From contig CAIUCV010000005.1 of the NCBI GenBank assembly GCA_903897805.1, positions 2,384 through 66,383 on the forward strand: a DNA stretch of 64,000 nucleotides. Reading direction: 5' to 3'. Under the pieces are notes generated by a model that had not been told where the DNA came from, searched no databases, and worked only from the letters and a program-made list of their open reading frames with translations. Position numbers and translations under genes: made by a program. This stretch comes from Candidatus Yanofskybacteria bacterium (GTDB taxonomy: Bacteria > Patescibacteriota > Minisyncoccia > 2-02-FULL-40-12 > IGHO2-01-FULL-4-A). Shown piece after piece: positions 56,010 to 64,000 of this stretch. Every line of letters starts with the position of its first letter. The first letter of the stretch is position 1.

Positions 56010-59000
56010 ATGGCGGAAGGTTTTGATTTTCCCAAAATAGAGGAAAAGATACTCAAGTTTTGGAAGGATAGGAAAATTTTTGAAAGAACTTTGGAAAACC
56101 GCGCAAATGCGAAGCGTTTTGTTTTCTTTGACGGCCCGCCTTTTGCCACGGGCCTGCCTCACTATGGTCATATTCTTGGCGGTACAGTAAAGGATCTTGT
56201 TCCTCGTTTTTTCACAATGGCGGGCTTTCGCGTTGACAGACGCTGGGGCTGGGACTGCCACGGCTTGCCGATCGAAAATATTATAGAAAGCAATATTGGA
56301 ATTTCCGGTCGCAAGGAAATAGAAAAATACGGTATAGACAAATTCAACAAGAAGGCCAAAGAACAGGTGTTGAAATACGTTGACGAATGGGAAAAAATAG
56401 TTGACCAGACCGGCCGATTCATTGATTTTAAGAATTCCTACAAGACTATGGATGCCTCGTATATGGAATCTGTCTGGTGGGCATTCGCTGAGATTTATAA
56501 GAAAGATCTTGTTTATAAGGACTCGCGCATTTCACTTTATTGTCCAAGATGCGAAACTCCGCTGTCGAATTTTGAGATTGCCATGGATAATTCCTATAAG
56601 GACGTAGAGGACGAGACCGTTTATGTGAAATTTAAAATAAAAGCCGGGCAGAAATTGGGTGATTTAGAAATTGACGATTCAACGTATATTCTTGCCTGGA
56701 CAACCACGCCCTGGACATTGCCGGGCAATACCTCTTTAGCAGTAGGAGAGAAAATACACTACGTCATCGTTAAAAAGGGCAACGAATACCACATCGCGGC
56801 CAAAGAAATATCGTTCCAGTTGGAACCCGACGCCCAGACGATCAGCGAATTTGAGGGCAAGGCCCTTTTGGGCTTGGAATATGAACCGCTATTTGATATC
56901 AAATACCTCAACGAGGGTAATACCCCTAATTATAAGAGCGCCTTTAAAATTGTAGGAGCCGACTTTGTTTCCACTGAAGAGGGGACCGGGATAGTCCATA
57001 TAGCGCCGGCTTTTGGTGAAGAAGATTTTATATTGGCAAAGAAAGAAAAGTTGCCGTCGTTTCAAACCGTCAATGATTCCGGAATATTTTTTGACTGGGT
57101 TGAGGATTATGGTGGCATATTTGTGTTTGACGCTAATCCTTTAATAATCGAGAATCTCAAATCGCGCGGCCTGCTTTATAAAAAACAAACAATAATCCAC
57201 AGCTACCCGGTTTGTTACCGATGCGAAACAAAACTTTTGTACAAGCAACAACCAGCCTGGTTTGTGGCGGTCAGTAAGATTAAGAAGAAGATGATTTCCG
57301 CCAATAAGAAAATAGACTGGCATCCGGCGCACTTGAAAGACGGTAGATTTGGTAAGGGGTTGGAAACCGCACCCGATTGGAATGTTTCACGAAGCCGGTT
57401 TTTCGGTACACCTTTGCCGATATGGCAGTGCGAAAAATGCCAGGAGCATCAAGTTATTGGTTCTCTTGAGGGTTTGGAACGATACCGCTACCGCGGCAAA
57501 AATACGTATTTTCTGCTCCGTCACGGCACGAGAGCGCAAAGTCACGATGAAAATGGCGAGCAGCTCACTGCTTCCCAGCTTGCCCTTGATAAATACGACT
57601 TGACTCCGGAGGGGGTTAAGCAGATTGAAGAAGTCGCGGAAAGGATCAAAGAAATCGGCGGGCTGGATTTAATTTTCGCCTCCCCGTTTTTGAGGACCAG
57701 ACATACGGCGGAAATTGTGGCTAAGAAATTGGGCCTGGATGTCAAAATAGACGACAGATTAAAAGAAATAGACGAAGGCCTTGCTTGCGAAGGCAAACCC
57801 CGCCCTGCTTGTTTGCCCGTGGACGGAAAGCCTACTTTTGATTACAAATTCGGCGGCGGAGAAAGCTGGAGCGATGTAAGGGCTAGGATGTTTTCAGTCA
57901 TCAAGGAGATAGACGAAAAGTACGAGGGCAAAAGAATCCTGCTGGTAAGCCATGGCGACCCGCTGTGGTTATTATACAGTTTGACGAAAAATCTTTCGGA
58001 AGAAGAAACCATTGTCAGAAGAACCGCCCTTTACATAGATAAAGGCGAGTTAAGACAGACCGATTTTAAAAATTATCCGTATGACGAAAAGGGCGAAGTG
58101 GATTTGCACAGGCCTTATATAGATGGAATATATCTCAGATGCGACAAGTGCAGCGGGAAGATGACGAGATTGAACGACGTTTTTGATTGTTGGTTTGAAT
58201 CTGGTTCTATGCCCTATGGGCAATCCCATTTCCCGTTTGAGAATAAGAAGCAATTTGAAGACAACTTTCCGGCAGATTTCGTTTCCGAATATACCGCCCA
58301 AACGCGCGGTTGGTTTTATACCATGCATGTTATCTCAACTGCCATTTTCGGCAAACCGCCCTTCAGACATGTGGTAACCACCGGTAATATTTTAGCCGAG
58401 AACGGAGAGAAAATGTCCAAATCAAAAAACAACTATCCAGACCCGCAGTTACTTTTGGACAAATATGGAGCCGATAGCCTGCGCTATTATCTTATGACTT
58501 CACCGGTTATGACGGCGGATAACGTCAATTTTTCAGAAAAAGGAGTGGATGAGGTATATAAAAATTTCGTTCTCATATTAATAAACGTCCTGCGTTTTTG
58601 GGAGATCTATGAAAAGAAGTATCTCCCCAAAGGAACAGAAACACTGCGCAACAAATTGGACAAACTGGATATAAAGAAAATTGAAAAGATTGACGAATGG
58701 ATATTATCTCGCCTTGAAACCACGAAAAAATATGTAACCGAGAACTTTGAAAAGTATGAGATTATGAATGCCTGCCGTGCCATTCAGCCATTTATTGACG
58801 ACCTGTCTCTTTGGTATGTCAGGCGAAATCGTGAGCGCATAAAACGTGGTGATAAGTCTGGAGAGGCAGCGTTCTTTACCCTGTCGTATGTTTTGGTTGA
58901 GTTAAGTAAACTGATCGCACCGGTCACACCGTTTATCGCTGACCACGTATATAAGACGATTAACAACCGAAAAGAATCGGTTCATCTGGAAGATTGGCCC

Positions 59001-59540
59001 AAGCCCAAGAAGAAGTTTATAAATCCGGCGCTGGAGAGCCAAATGAGAGAACTGCGTGACTTTGTAACTTTGGGGCTTGCCCAAAGAAAAGTGAGCAATA
59101 TCAAAGTTCGCCAGCCCTTGGCCGGTGTTACTTTGAAAAAGTCGGAAAAGTTTGAACCGGAACTGGAGAAATTAATTTTAGCCGAGCTTAATGTAAAGAG
59201 TGTTGATTATAATCCGGCCCAGGAAGAAGAATTGGCTCTTGATAAAAGAATAACGCTTGAATTGTTGAAAGAAAGCTATGCTAGAGAAGTTATGCGCCAG
59301 ATACAGGACATGCGGAAAGAAGCGAAATACAAACTGGACGAAAAAATCTATGCCGCTTGGGCTTCAGATAACAAAGATGTTGCAGGCGCAATGGACGCTT
59401 TTGGAAAAGAAATCGCCGAAAATACTCTCCTTGTGGAATTCAGCCGTGGCCATCAGCCGAAAGAGGTTTTTGATGTTGAGAAAGAATTTGAACTTGGCCC
59501 ACAAGTGAATATTTGGTTGGGGGTTAGGAATAAAAACTAG
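56010..59540 (+). CDS. ileS: Isoleucine--tRNA ligase (type 2) with an embedded histidine-phosphatase (PGAM-like) domain
   Basis: HIGH (PHYGHILG), KMSKS (EKMSKSKNN), editing and anticodon-binding regions. Residues ~495-650 carry RHG...SHG histidine-phosphatase motifs (YFLLRHGT..., IFASPFLRTRHTAEIVA, LVSHGDPL). Confidence 0.9.
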   Translation: MAEGFDFPKIEEKILKFWKDRKIFERTLENRANAKRFVFFDGPPFATGLPHYGHILGGTVKDLVPRFFTMAGFRVDRRWGWDCHGLPIENIIESNIGISGRKEIEKYGIDKFNKKAKEQVLKYVDEWEKIVDQTGRFIDFKNSYKTMDASYMESVWWAFAEIYKKDLVYKDSRISLYCPRCETPLSNFEIAMDNSYKDVEDETVYVKFKIKAGQKLGDLEIDDSTYILAWTTTPWTLPGNTSLAVGEKIHYVIVKKGNEYHIAAKEISFQLEPDAQTISEFEGKALLGLEYEPLFDIKYLNEGNTPNYKSAFKIVGADFVSTEEGTGIVHIAPAFGEEDFILAKKEKLPSFQTVNDSGIFFDWVEDYGGIFVFDANPLIIENLKSRGLLYKKQTIIHSYPVCYRCETKLLYKQQPAWFVAVSKIKKKMISANKKIDWHPAHLKDGRFGKGLETAPDWNVSRSRFFGTPLPIWQCEKCQEHQVIGSLEGLERYRYRGKNTYFLLRHGTRAQSHDENGEQLTASQLALDKYDLTPEGVKQIEEVAERIKEIGGLDLIFASPFLRTRHTAEIVAKKLGLDVKIDDRLKEIDEGLACEGKPRPACLPVDGKPTFDYKFGGGESWSDVRARMFSVIKEIDEKYEGKRILLVSHGDPLWLLYSLTKNLSEEETIVRRTALYIDKGELRQTDFKNYPYDEKGEVDLHRPYIDGIYLRCDKCSGKMTRLNDVFDCWFESGSMPYGQSHFPFENKKQFEDNFPADFVSEYTAQTRGWFYTMHVISTAIFGKPPFRHVVTTGNILAENGEKMSKSKNNYPDPQLLLDKYGADSLRYYLMTSPVMTADNVNFSEKGVDEVYKNFVLILINVLRFWEIYEKKYLPKGTETLRNKLDKLDIKKIEKIDEWILSRLETTKKYVTENFEKYEIMNACRAIQPFIDDLSLWYVRRNRERIKRGDKSGEAAFFTLSYVLVELSKLIAPVTPFIADHVYKTINNRKESVHLEDWPKPKKKFINPALESQMRELRDFVTLGLAQRKVSNIKVRQPLAGVTLKKSEKFEPELEKLILAELNVKSVDYNPAQEEELALDKRITLELLKESYAREVMRQIQDMRKEAKYKLDEKIYAAWASDNKDVAGAMDAFGKEIAENTLLVEFSRGHQPKEVFDVEKEFELGPQVNIWLGVRNKN

Positions 59541-59556
59541 AGCCATTTCTTCAATA

Positions 59557-60078
59557 ATGCGGACTCAAGCGATAATTCTCAAAAAAATACCGGTTCGCGA
59601 ATATGACGAGCTGGTCGTTTGTTATACGAAAGATTCGGGCAAGCAGGTTTATCAGGCCAAGAGCATACTGCGCCCGTCTTCCAAGCAGGCAGGCCATCTG
59701 GATATTTTGAATCTGGTGGACTTTTCTCTTGTTCAAAAAAACTCCCACCCCATTATTACCAGCTCCTACTGTCTGGATACGTTCCGCGATCTGAAATCAT
59801 CTTTGCCGGCGCTGGCCGCTGCTTATTTTTTACTTGAATGTTTTGACAAGCTTGTTTTTGAGGGCGAGCCCGACCCGAAACTCTGGGATTTTTTGCACTC
59901 TCATTTGTGCGACTACAACCGGCTGGCCCAGAAGGGGAGAGCTAACTGGCCAATAGTTATAAAATTAACAAGAGAAGACCTCCTGAAGGTAATGGGTTAT
60001 GATCCTGCCTTGCCGATCGAGCAGTTAGCCAACGCCCATTTCAAGTCGTTACAATTTGCCAGGAGAGTGGTAAAATAG
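59557..60078 (+). CDS. recO: DNA repair protein RecO (short form)
   Basis: N-terminal OB-fold pattern AIILKKIPVREYDELVVCYTKDSGK; 173 aa. Confidence 0.55.
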   Translation: MRTQAIILKKIPVREYDELVVCYTKDSGKQVYQAKSILRPSSKQAGHLDILNLVDFSLVQKNSHPIITSSYCLDTFRDLKSSLPALAAAYFLLECFDKLVFEGEPDPKLWDFLHSHLCDYNRLAQKGRANWPIVIKLTREDLLKVMGYDPALPIEQLANAHFKSLQFARRVVK

Positions 60079-60086
60079 AAGATAGT

Positions 60087-61889
60087 TTGGATTTTAAGAT
60101 AGAACCAATTCAAAATCCCAATTTAGGACCGCGGGTTTCGCCGGCGCCGTTTTTTAGCCGCCGGAGGATAAAATTGCTTGGCCTTGGCATCACCATCCTT
60201 TTAGTCATTATCCTCGTTTTTTTCTTTATGGGGCGCGGTTCGTTCAGCGAGAGCCGCGTTGAACTGAAAATTGAGGGACCCCAAGAAATATCTGCTGGTG
60301 CATCGGTTTCGTATAAAATTACCTATGCTAATAACAACAAGATTTCGCTTTCCGATGTTAAGCTGAGCTTTTTCTATCCCCTGGATGCGATCGTGACGAG
60401 AGACAATAATGTTCTGAACATAACTAACGAGAATTTTGATATTGGCGAGCTCAAGAGCGGAGAATCGGGAGAAAGAACCCTGACCGCATTTGTCGTCGGC
60501 GATAAGGGGAATATAAAGACGGCTAGGTCTACTCTAACTTTCAAGCCAAGCAATCTTAGCTCTGTTTTTAAGAAAGAGGCCTCATTGGCAACCACCATAA
60601 CAACGCTTGCCGTGCCGATTACGCTGGTTGCTCCGCCAACGGTGATTAATGGCCAGAACATCAGTTACCTCATAGATTACCGCAATCAGTCCGGTGAGGA
60701 TTTGCAAGATTTGCGCTTCCAAGTCCGTTATCCCGAAGGATTTAAATCAAGCCAATATTCTCCTCAGCCAACAAGCCGGAGTCAGGGTCAGGATGTTTGG
60801 GTAATTCCCGTCCTAAAACAAGGCGAGGGAGCCAGGATTACCATTCAAGGCGCTCTTAGCGGCAATGAAAGAGAGACTAAGACGGTTTCGGTGATTTTGC
60901 AGAAAAAAATAGCGACGGCGACCGGCGATAATTATGTTGATTTTGAAAAGACCGAGGCCTCTTCGGTTATCGCAACTCCTCTTTTGTCCGTTGGGCTGAT
61001 CGTGAACGATTCGGCCGATTACATCGCCCACGCGGGAGACCTTCTCCGCTACAAGACAAACTTGAAAAACAATAGCGATTCTGATATCACCGGCCTAAGT
61101 TTTTCCGTCCATCTGGACGGCAGTATGTTTGATTTTGCTTCCGTAAGGTCAGATGGGTTTTTTGACAGCAGAGTCGGCACTATTTATTGGAACAGTTCAA
61201 CGGTTTCGGCCTTAAATAATCTGGGGGCTAACCAGTCCGCCACGATTGAGTTTGAAGCGCGCCTGAAAAGCAGTTTTTCAGGCGGTTTGGGCGCCCGTGA
61301 ATCGTTTGTAAAGGCAACTGCTCATCTGGAAACGCCAAATGTCCCGGCGAATCTTGATATGGATAAGCTGACAGCCGACAGCGAATTGGTGACCCGCATT
61401 TCCTCTTCCCCGACGTTTGTCCAGAAAGTCCTTTTGAATGATCCTGTTTTCGGCTCAAGCGGGCCGTTCCCGCCTAAAGTAAATTCCAAAACAACTTTTA
61501 CTATCCGCTGGAATTTGGTTAATCCGTCCAACGATCTGTCGTCTGCAAAAGTTACGGCCACGCTGATGCCGGGGGTGGTCTGGGAAGAAAGGGCAAGAGT
61601 CAGCGGCAGCCAGCCCCAGCCGGTGTATAACGCTGGGCAGGGGACCGTTACTTGGGATTTAGGAACCCTGCCGGCCGGCATAGGCATTTCCTTCCCGCAA
61701 TATGAAGCCGATTTTCAGATCTCAGTTACTCCTTCCGTTAATCAGGTTGGCGAAACAGTCCCTCTTTTAAAGAATGTGAGCTTTGAGGGCACGGATACCT
61801 TTACTAAAGAAAGAATCTTGCGTACGATACCCGATGTTACTACATCCAATATCAGCGATTCCAGCGCGAACGGAAATGTGCAACAGTAA
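60087..61889 (+). CDS. Large membrane-anchored surface protein with repeated beta-rich domains (hypothetical)
   Basis: N-terminal TM (LLGLGITILLVIILVFFFMG), then ~550 aa of Ser/Thr/Asn-rich repeats. Confidence 0.45.
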   Translation: MDFKIEPIQNPNLGPRVSPAPFFSRRRIKLLGLGITILLVIILVFFFMGRGSFSESRVELKIEGPQEISAGASVSYKITYANNNKISLSDVKLSFFYPLDAIVTRDNNVLNITNENFDIGELKSGESGERTLTAFVVGDKGNIKTARSTLTFKPSNLSSVFKKEASLATTITTLAVPITLVAPPTVINGQNISYLIDYRNQSGEDLQDLRFQVRYPEGFKSSQYSPQPTSRSQGQDVWVIPVLKQGEGARITIQGALSGNERETKTVSVILQKKIATATGDNYVDFEKTEASSVIATPLLSVGLIVNDSADYIAHAGDLLRYKTNLKNNSDSDITGLSFSVHLDGSMFDFASVRSDGFFDSRVGTIYWNSSTVSALNNLGANQSATIEFEARLKSSFSGGLGARESFVKATAHLETPNVPANLDMDKLTADSELVTRISSSPTFVQKVLLNDPVFGSSGPFPPKVNSKTTFTIRWNLVNPSNDLSSAKVTATLMPGVVWEERARVSGSQPQPVYNAGQGTVTWDLGTLPAGIGISFPQYEADFQISVTPSVNQVGETVPLLKNVSFEGTDTFTKERILRTIPDVTTSNISDSSANGNVQQ

Positions 61890-61920
61890 ACAAATAGAAA
61901 ATAGAGAGTAGAAGAAAATT

Positions 61921-63213
61921 ATGAAAGACGGGGATAATTTAATGGAAAAAATTACCTCCCTTTGCAAAAGGCGTGGTTTTATTTTTCCCGGCTCGGAAAT
62001 ATACGGTGGGCTGGCGGGGTTTTACGATTATGGCCCGTTAGGCGTGGAGATGAAGAACAATTTGAAATCATTGTGGTGGAAATGGATGACCAAAGAACAT
62101 GAAAATATAGTCGGGATAGATGGTGCTATTATCACCGCTCCGAAAGTTTGGGAAGCCAGCGGCCACGTGAAAAGTTTTGTCGATCCGCTGGTTGAATGCA
62201 AAAAGTGCCACCACCGTTTCAAAGCGGATGACATCGCGGGCGATAAATGTCCGGATTGCGGCGGTCCACTGACTGAACCACGATTTTTCAATACACTTGT
62301 TTCAACAGAGCTGGGAATTATTGAAGGCGAAAAGACAAAAACTTATCTTCGTGGCGAAGCCTGCCAAACAATTTATTTGAATTACAAAAACGTTCTCGAT
62401 TCAACGCGGGTAAAAATTCCTTTTGGTATCTGCCAGATTGGTAAAGCTTTTCGCAATGAAGTGACGCCAGGAAATTTTCTATTTAGACTGAGGGAATTAG
62501 AACAGTGGGATTTACAATGGTTTTGTCATCCCTCCGAAATGGAGAAATGGTTTAAGTTTTGGAAAGAAGAGAGAATGAATTGGTATAAAAGTCTATTTAC
62601 TCATCCGGAGAATCTGGGATTTTATCAGCATGTCAAATTGGCTCACTACGCCAAAAAGGCTTTTGATATTTATTATGAAGCTTCGCCCATCGGCAAAGAA
62701 ATGGAGGGCATCCATTGGCGGGGGGACTGGGACTTATCTAGACACTCCGAGTTCTCGGGTCAAGATTTGAGCTATACCGATCCGGAAACAAATGAAAAAT
62801 TCATTCCGAATATTGTTGAAGCATCAGGCGGAGTTGATCGCACATTCTTATTCTTAATGCTTGATGCTTATGTTGAGGAAGAAGAGCGGGTGGTTTTAAA
62901 ACTGAATCGGAAAATTGCGCCTTATAAAGTTGCAGTGTTTCCATTGCTTGCCAACAAACCTGAATTAGTTGAAGCGGCCCGCAAAATTTATGATGATTTG
63001 ACCCCGCGTTTTATGGCCGCCTGGGATGACCGCGGAAATATCGGCAAGCGTTATTACTCGCAAGACGAAATCGGTACGCCTTATTGTGTAACTTTTGACT
63101 TTGATTCCCTTGAAGATAAAAAAGTTACCGTCCGCGACCGTGACACAATGAAACAGGATAGAGTAGCGATAGGGGAACTTGCGTCCTATCTGGAGGAGAA
63201 ATTAGGAAAATAA
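61921..63213 (+). CDS. glyQS: Glycine--tRNA ligase (alpha2 dimeric, archaeal/eukaryote-like type)
   Basis: RRGFIFPGSEIYGGLAGFYDYGPLG class-II motifs; 430 aa; the start may be the internal MEKITSL. Confidence 0.85.
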   Translation: MKDGDNLMEKITSLCKRRGFIFPGSEIYGGLAGFYDYGPLGVEMKNNLKSLWWKWMTKEHENIVGIDGAIITAPKVWEASGHVKSFVDPLVECKKCHHRFKADDIAGDKCPDCGGPLTEPRFFNTLVSTELGIIEGEKTKTYLRGEACQTIYLNYKNVLDSTRVKIPFGICQIGKAFRNEVTPGNFLFRLRELEQWDLQWFCHPSEMEKWFKFWKEERMNWYKSLFTHPENLGFYQHVKLAHYAKKAFDIYYEASPIGKEMEGIHWRGDWDLSRHSEFSGQDLSYTDPETNEKFIPNIVEASGGVDRTFLFLMLDAYVEEEERVVLKLNRKIAPYKVAVFPLLANKPELVEAARKIYDDLTPRFMAAWDDRGNIGKRYYSQDEIGTPYCVTFDFDSLEDKKVTVRDRDTMKQDRVAIGELASYLEEKLGK

Positions 63214-63214
63214 A

Positions 63215-64000
63215 ATGAAACACGAAAAACAATTTGATCTGTTTACCTATCCCAACGGTCTGCGTTTGGTTACCGTGCCGATGGAAAATACCAGATCAGT
63301 AATGGTGCTGGTTCTCGTTACCACCGGTTCACGCTACGAGACGCCGAAAAACAACGGCATTTCTCATTTTTTAGAGCACCTTATGTTCAAAGGTACTGCC
63401 AAACGGCCGGGAACTCTTGATATATCCCACGAACTGGATTCAATAGGCGCGGAATACAACGCTTTTACCTCCAAAGAATGTACCGGCTATCACGCTAAGT
63501 GTGCTTCGGATAAAGTTGATATCGCTCTTGATGTGATTTCCGATATTTTTCAAAATTCAAAATTTGACGAAAAGGAGATGGATAAAGAGAAAGGGCCCAT
63601 AAAAGAGGAGATCAATATGTATTTTGATAATCCGAGCAGCTATGTCGCGCTATTATTTGATGAACTACTTTATGGAGACCAACCTCTCGGCTGGAACGTT
63701 GCCGGGAAAAAAGAAATCATCGACGCGATAAAAAGAGACGACATCGTTAAATATTTTTCCACGCACTATTTTGCGAAAAGCACGGTTGTCTGTATAGCGG
63801 GGGATATAGGTACGGAAACAGCAAAAGAAAAAGTTAAGAAATATTTTAACAATATAAGGGAATCGGGGATAATCAAACCGGTTTCGGCAATTGACGACCA
63901 AACGGAGCCGCGACTGAAGATATTCAATAAGAAGACCGATCAAACAAATATAAACCTCGGCTTTAGAGCTTACGGCGTGCTAGACCCGAAGCTTGAAGCT
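63215..64000 (+). CDS. M16 family peptidase, partial (3' end beyond window)
   Basis: HFLEHLMFKGT (HxxEH). Starts 1 nt after the glyS stop. Not in the ORF track because it is open at the window edge. Confidence 0.6.
   Translation, partial: MKHEKQFDLFTYPNGLRLVTVPMENTRSVMVLVLVTTGSRYETPKNNGISHFLEHLMFKGTAKRPGTLDISHELDSIGAEYNAFTSKECTGYHAKCASDKVDIALDVISDIFQNSKFDEKEMDKEKGPIKEEINMYFDNPSSYVALLFDELLYGDQPLGWNVAGKKEIIDAIKRDDIVKYFSTHYFAKSTVVCIAGDIGTETAKEKVKKYFNNIRESGIIKPVSAIDDQTEPRLKIFNKKTDQTNINLGFRAYGVLDPKLEA

Overview
This 64-kb window reads as a ~45-48% GC, gene-dense bacterial chromosome segment whose gene repertoire resembles Candidate Phyla Radiation (Patescibacteria-like) genomes. The pointers to that lineage are a Gram-positive-style type IV pilus operon, a eukaryote-like IleRS, an alpha2-type GlyRS, a short RecO, and DUF3048 and DUF4430 proteins. 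It contains a complete minus-strand type IV pilus locus: minor pilins, prepilin peptidase, major pilin, PilC, PilT, PilB, PilO, PilN and PilM. Housekeeping genes include comFC, parAB, ilvA, recG, holA, fpg, polA, tsaE, comM, pnp, rpsO, smpB, tmRNA, htrA, mpg, argS, ileS, recO and glyS. There are five tRNA genes: Leu-CAA, Ser-CGA, Ser-TGA, Arg-CCG and Arg-GCG. Five observations stand out. First, a translationally coupled 20S-proteasome-like beta/alpha gene pair sits in a protease neighbourhood (M16 peptidases, ClpP-like protein); no Pup/ARC-type accessory genes are seen in the window. Second, the IleRS carries an embedded histidine-phosphatase (PGAM-like) domain. Third, two tandem tRNA-Arg genes are each followed by a ~120-nt structured repeat whose ends mimic the tRNA T-arm and 3' end. 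Fourth, a 13-nt copy of the tmRNA 3' end lies 210 bp away from the tmRNA, near a XerD-like recombinase. Fifth, three GC-rich (~60-65%) islands are present, one of them a self-contained two-gene operon encoding a Gly/Tyr-rich secreted protein and a zinc-ribbon membrane protein. Several intergenic regions carry elaborate inverted or direct repeat architectures. No rRNA or CRISPR array is present. tRNA and repeat coordinates were read by eye and may be off by 1-2 nt.
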